From: a candidate division WOR-3 bacterium
Lineage (GTDB): Bacteria > Hydrothermota > Tepidihabitantia > Tepidihabitantales > Tepidihabitantaceae
DNA: 64,000 nucleotides
Assembly: GCA_965649295.1 (NCBI GenBank)
Contig: CBFGKH010000006.1
Coordinates: forward strand, 32,001-96,000
Reading direction: 5' to 3'
The position numbers were made by a program, and so were the translations under genes. The stretch's first letter is position 1. Each line of letters begins with the position of its first letter. Below the pieces are notes generated by a model. The model did no database searches. It saw nothing but the letters and a program-made list of their open reading frames with translations, and was not told where the DNA came from. This document shows, one piece after another, positions 60,892-64,000 of this stretch.

Positions 60892-62553
60892 CTAGAACCG
60901 AACGATTTTGGCAATTGCCACGGCCTGATTCGTCTCCGCCCGAATCACACTGACCCCAGCCGGAATCGGCGCTGGCAGCGCAAAACTGTGCTGCCCAGCC
61001 CCAAGCTCACCCGCGGCGATGTTCGCCAGCACTCGGCCATCAATGGCCACCAGTCGAATGGCAACGCTGGCATCCCTGGTCAGTTCCAGCTCAACCCTGC
61101 TGCCGCATACCCAGAGCTTCAGCTCCAAACGTTCTCCACTAGATTCCCTGCTGTTCCGAATTCCGGTCGCCGACGTGTCGTAGCAGACTGAGTCATAACC
61201 CACGACCACAAGCTGCATCGGCATCGAGTCCAGCTCAGGCATGGCCAGCGTGTCTTGGAGATACCAGCGAATCCAAGGCATCTCGGCCAGCATCGGCATC
61301 TGCGGCTCAGCACACACCGGTCGGTTGCCGAACACATCGAACGTCGAGAGAATCATGTCGTCCCCGCCGCCCAGCAGCGGCCACGAGTTCGAGTAGCCGG
61401 CAACCGCGTATCCGCCTCCTGCCATCTCCACCACTGGCAGCCCGACTTCATCATTCCGGCCCGGCCAGTATGGACTCGGATGCGACGAGCACCACATCGG
61501 CTGGCCATTCTGGTCGAGCTTGAGCAGGAGCAGATTCGCGTTCGGCACTCCCGGCCCAACACTTCGGGTCAGTCCGGTAACAGCGCTGCCACCATCCATT
61601 GTTGCGACCAGTTCTCGGTCAGCTAGTGCCTGCTCATCGCCCATCGGCCAGCCATAACTCCATGCCCAGACGAGACCACCCCCAAGCTGGAAGCAGGCAC
61701 TGAAGATGTCTGACACCTGTCCCGGTACCGTACCGAAGCTGTGCGTGTAGCCTGACACGAGAATCTGTTGCTGCTGGTCAACCGCAACCGACCAGGCTAC
61801 ATCATCACTGATTTCGCCCGGCACAATCGCCGCCCATTGCACCGCGCCCATCGGGTCGAGCTTCATCAGGAACGGGTCGTACTGACCTGGCCCAGTCGCC
61901 TTCAGCTTGCCCACGACCGCAAAACCCAAATCCGGCGTTTCGATAATCGAGTGACCGATATCCTCAATATGTTGCGGCACTCCCCAGTAGATTCGAAACC
62001 ACATCGGCCTTCCCATCGGGTCCAGCCGCAGGACAAAGATGTTCGGCATCGGGTTCGCACCGTAACTGGCGGTCCAGCCGGTAACCGCAAACCCACCATC
62101 ATGGGTCGCGCAGATTGAAAGTGCCTCTTCGTCGCCATAACCGCCATAGACCCTGCCCCACAGGAACGCACCGTTCGGCCCGAGCTTGATGACAAAGATG
62201 TTCTTGTTCGGCGTCCCGAATCCATAACTGCGGGTCCAGCCGCAGAGCACGTAGCCGTCTGGCACGCGCACCATCGAATAGGCTTCGTCATCAAGGAGCC
62301 CAACCGACACCGCTGCCCAAACTGGATTACCAAGCGGGTCGGTTTTGACCACAGCGACGTTCGAGTTCTGCGGCACCCCCGGGCCAAAGCTCCTTGTCCA
62401 TCCCCCAAGGCAGAACCCATTGTCCACGCCTTCCACCAGGGCATACGCCCGTTCATTCATCGCTCCGCCATAGAGACGAACCGGAAAAGTCTGACCGACC
62501 GTAACTCCTACCAGCCCAGCGACCAGACACCCGCCCACTACGAAATGTTTCAT
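60892..62553 (-). CDS. Secreted beta-propeller repeat protein with T9SS-like tail
   Basis: Repeats of 'DE.A.S....DGG..V.G.T.S.G....I...KLD..G...W'. Confidence 0.82.
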   Translation of the reverse strand: MKHFVVGGCLVAGLVGVTVGQTFPVRLYGGAMNERAYALVEGVDNGFCLGGWTRSFGPGVPQNSNVAVVKTDPLGNPVWAAVSVGLLDDEAYSMVRVPDGYVLCGWTRSYGFGTPNKNIFVIKLGPNGAFLWGRVYGGYGDEEALSICATHDGGFAVTGWTASYGANPMPNIFVLRLDPMGRPMWFRIYWGVPQHIEDIGHSIIETPDLGFAVVGKLKATGPGQYDPFLMKLDPMGAVQWAAIVPGEISDDVAWSVAVDQQQQILVSGYTHSFGTVPGQVSDIFSACFQLGGGLVWAWSYGWPMGDEQALADRELVATMDGGSAVTGLTRSVGPGVPNANLLLLKLDQNGQPMWCSSHPSPYWPGRNDEVGLPVVEMAGGGYAVAGYSNSWPLLGGGDDMILSTFDVFGNRPVCAEPQMPMLAEMPWIRWYLQDTLAMPELDSMPMQLVVVGYDSVCYDTSATGIRNSRESSGERLELKLWVCGSRVELELTRDASVAIRLVAIDGRVLANIAAGELGAGQHSFALPAPIPAGVSVIRAETNQAVAIAKIVRF

Positions 62554-63065
62554 CGAGACCTCCAGGTTACTCGCTATATGAGCCAAACAGACCACTGGCC
62601 GTCTGACAGCGGATTTGTTGACAGACACCTGTTCCACCTTCACCGCACTGTCTTCAGCACGATTCGTGCCCACAAGTGTCTGAGTGCCAACTCACGCAGC
62701 TACAGGGGTTGTACGTCTAGAGCGCCAAACAGCCCAGCTTCAGCCTGTCTCCTTTGGGCAACTATGAAGCCGAAGGGATACAGGTTCCTGACTAGGCCTT
62801 CTACCTTAATGCATCAGCTAACCCCTTCATAGAAGGGACGTTGGCGTCAGGGATCAATCCGCCAGCGCTTGGACTCATCACTCCGGGGGTCACTCCCCCC
62901 ACCGGTACCGATGTCATGTTTAGGATAATGGCCGAGTCCAGTCGCGACTCGACTGCTAGAAGCAGAGGGGTGACCTGCTGCCGGCACAGCCGACAAGGGT
63001 CTGCCCGAACTACCATCCAGCCTTGACTATGGTTGTTTGCCCTGCTAGCCTGACACAAACCGGAG

Positions 63066-63773
63066 GTGACATTGCGCTACCTGTTCACGTTGCTGCCGCT
63101 AGTGTTCGTCCCGCTTCTTGTTACTGGCTGTGCATTCACAGTCGCTCAGTCACCGGAGACCGTTGCGCCGGGCCGAGTCTTCGCCGGTGGCCTCGCATCT
63201 TTTGGTTCTAACACCGGGGCGGGTACCGTAAGACCACTGCTCGCTGGTTCGGAGCTCGGCGTCTATGGCCGCGCCGGCCTGGCTCGAAACCTTGATGCCG
63301 GTGTCAGATTGTCTATCCCAGCCGGACTGGGCGCTGACATCAAGTATGCGCTGCTCAGCCGACGTCAACGGCTGGCTGTCGGCATTGGTGCATCGTTTCT
63401 GCCCTGGGTGGTTCCGCCGCTAGTGGACAGCAGCAGACGAATGTCAGTCGGCATCTACCCACTCCTTGTCGGTGGCACGCCGAACCTGTTCGGCGGCGTG
63501 CGCGGCATCGGCCTTGTCCACTTCGACCGCGGCGCCTTGGCCCGCTACCATTACCTGGCCGGACCACAGGTCTTTCTAGGCACATCTTTGGGTCGGCGCC
63601 GAATTCGAGTACTCCCTGAGCTCCATGCCCACTGGCTTGCGCCGATAAAGAACGCCGACCCGCAGTTCGGCGTCGGCCTCGGCCTTGCCGTCCAGTACCA
63701 GCTCAAGGGCAGTCTCAAAGACTACCAGCGACTGCTCCCCAAGGCCGGCGACCTGCTCGACAAAGTCCGCTAG
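63066..63773 (+). CDS. Hypothetical lipoprotein / beta-rich outer-membrane protein
   Basis: Lipobox VTGC and beta-strand pattern; the start may be TTG 63072. Confidence 0.6.
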   Translation: MTLRYLFTLLPLVFVPLLVTGCAFTVAQSPETVAPGRVFAGGLASFGSNTGAGTVRPLLAGSELGVYGRAGLARNLDAGVRLSIPAGLGADIKYALLSRRQRLAVGIGASFLPWVVPPLVDSSRRMSVGIYPLLVGGTPNLFGGVRGIGLVHFDRGALARYHYLAGPQVFLGTSLGRRRIRVLPELHAHWLAPIKNADPQFGVGLGLAVQYQLKGSLKDYQRLLPKAGDLLDKVR

Positions 63774-63781
63774 CCAACAAA

Positions 63782-63821
63782 AAGCCGACGGGAGAGCGGC
63801 GCTGCTCTCCCGTCGCGGCTT
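63782..63821. terminator. Bidirectional hairpin terminator
   Basis: AAGCCGACGGGAGAGC...GCTCTCCCGTCGCGGCTT between convergent genes. Confidence 0.65.
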
Positions 63822-63832
63822 GGTGGTTCTTC

Positions 63833-64000
63833 TTACGGGGTTACCTCCATGAACACGAGCTGCAGATTGCTCGGACAATCCAGCACGACCGCAATCTTGT
63901 CGCCCGGTGTCGGAATGAAGCCATCACCGTTCTGCTGGGCATCATCCGCCATCGCCCGGGCTTCGGCATCGGTCGGATAGCCGCCATTGCCCAATAGATA
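63833..64000 (-). CDS. 3' end of a paralogue of the TED-like lipoprotein at 40386
   Basis: Translates YLLGNGGYPTDAEARAMADDAQQNGDGFIPTPGDKIAVVLDCPSNLQLVFMEVTP-TAA, colinear with the C-terminus of 40386-41354. Confidence 0.8.
   Translation of the reverse strand, partial: YLLGNGGYPTDAEARAMADDAQQNGDGFIPTPGDKIAVVLDCPSNLQLVFMEVTP

Noticed and set aside
62680..63020. Short hairpins in the divergent intergenic region
   Set aside because: No promoter-terminator pair or recognisable RNA motif that I can support.
1..64000. tRNA-Sec, selA/selB/selD, other tRNAs, rRNA, CRISPR arrays, transposases
   Set aside because: None recognised by eye. The Sec machinery would have to lie outside this window.

Overview
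GC-rich bacterial window with no rRNA, tRNA, CRISPR array or transposase seen. Gene content points to an anaerobic diderm with many secreted proteins ending in a T9SS/FlgD-Ig-like tail; this resembles FCB-related lineages such as candidate division WOR-3, which is inference only. Housekeeping and metabolic blocks are a receiver-HydC-HydB-HydA [FeFe]-hydrogenase operon, smc-ftsY, cutA, lipA, a three-gene parvulin/SurA cluster, an ECF sigma module and a LolCDE-like ABC cluster. The main result is five genes that the ORF track splits at an in-frame TGA. In each, the TGA occupies the first Cys position of a CxxC motif (UxxC) and is followed by a hairpin with a 5-nt loop whose second base is G, as expected for a bacterial SECIS. 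These are three Omp28-like exported thioredoxin-fold proteins, a 45-aa CD1871A-like membrane peptide and a secreted TlpA-CARDB protein. Two of them lie in one operon with a TlpA, a DUF6029-like beta-barrel and a membrane polyferredoxin, suggesting a selenium-based trans-envelope redox relay. Other observations are a convergent pair of candidate ncRNAs (sigma54-like and sigma70-like promoters), two thioester-domain-like paralogues, two genes broken by tiny indels, a non-bifurcating HydB signature, apparent leaderless transcription and a shared intergenic element.
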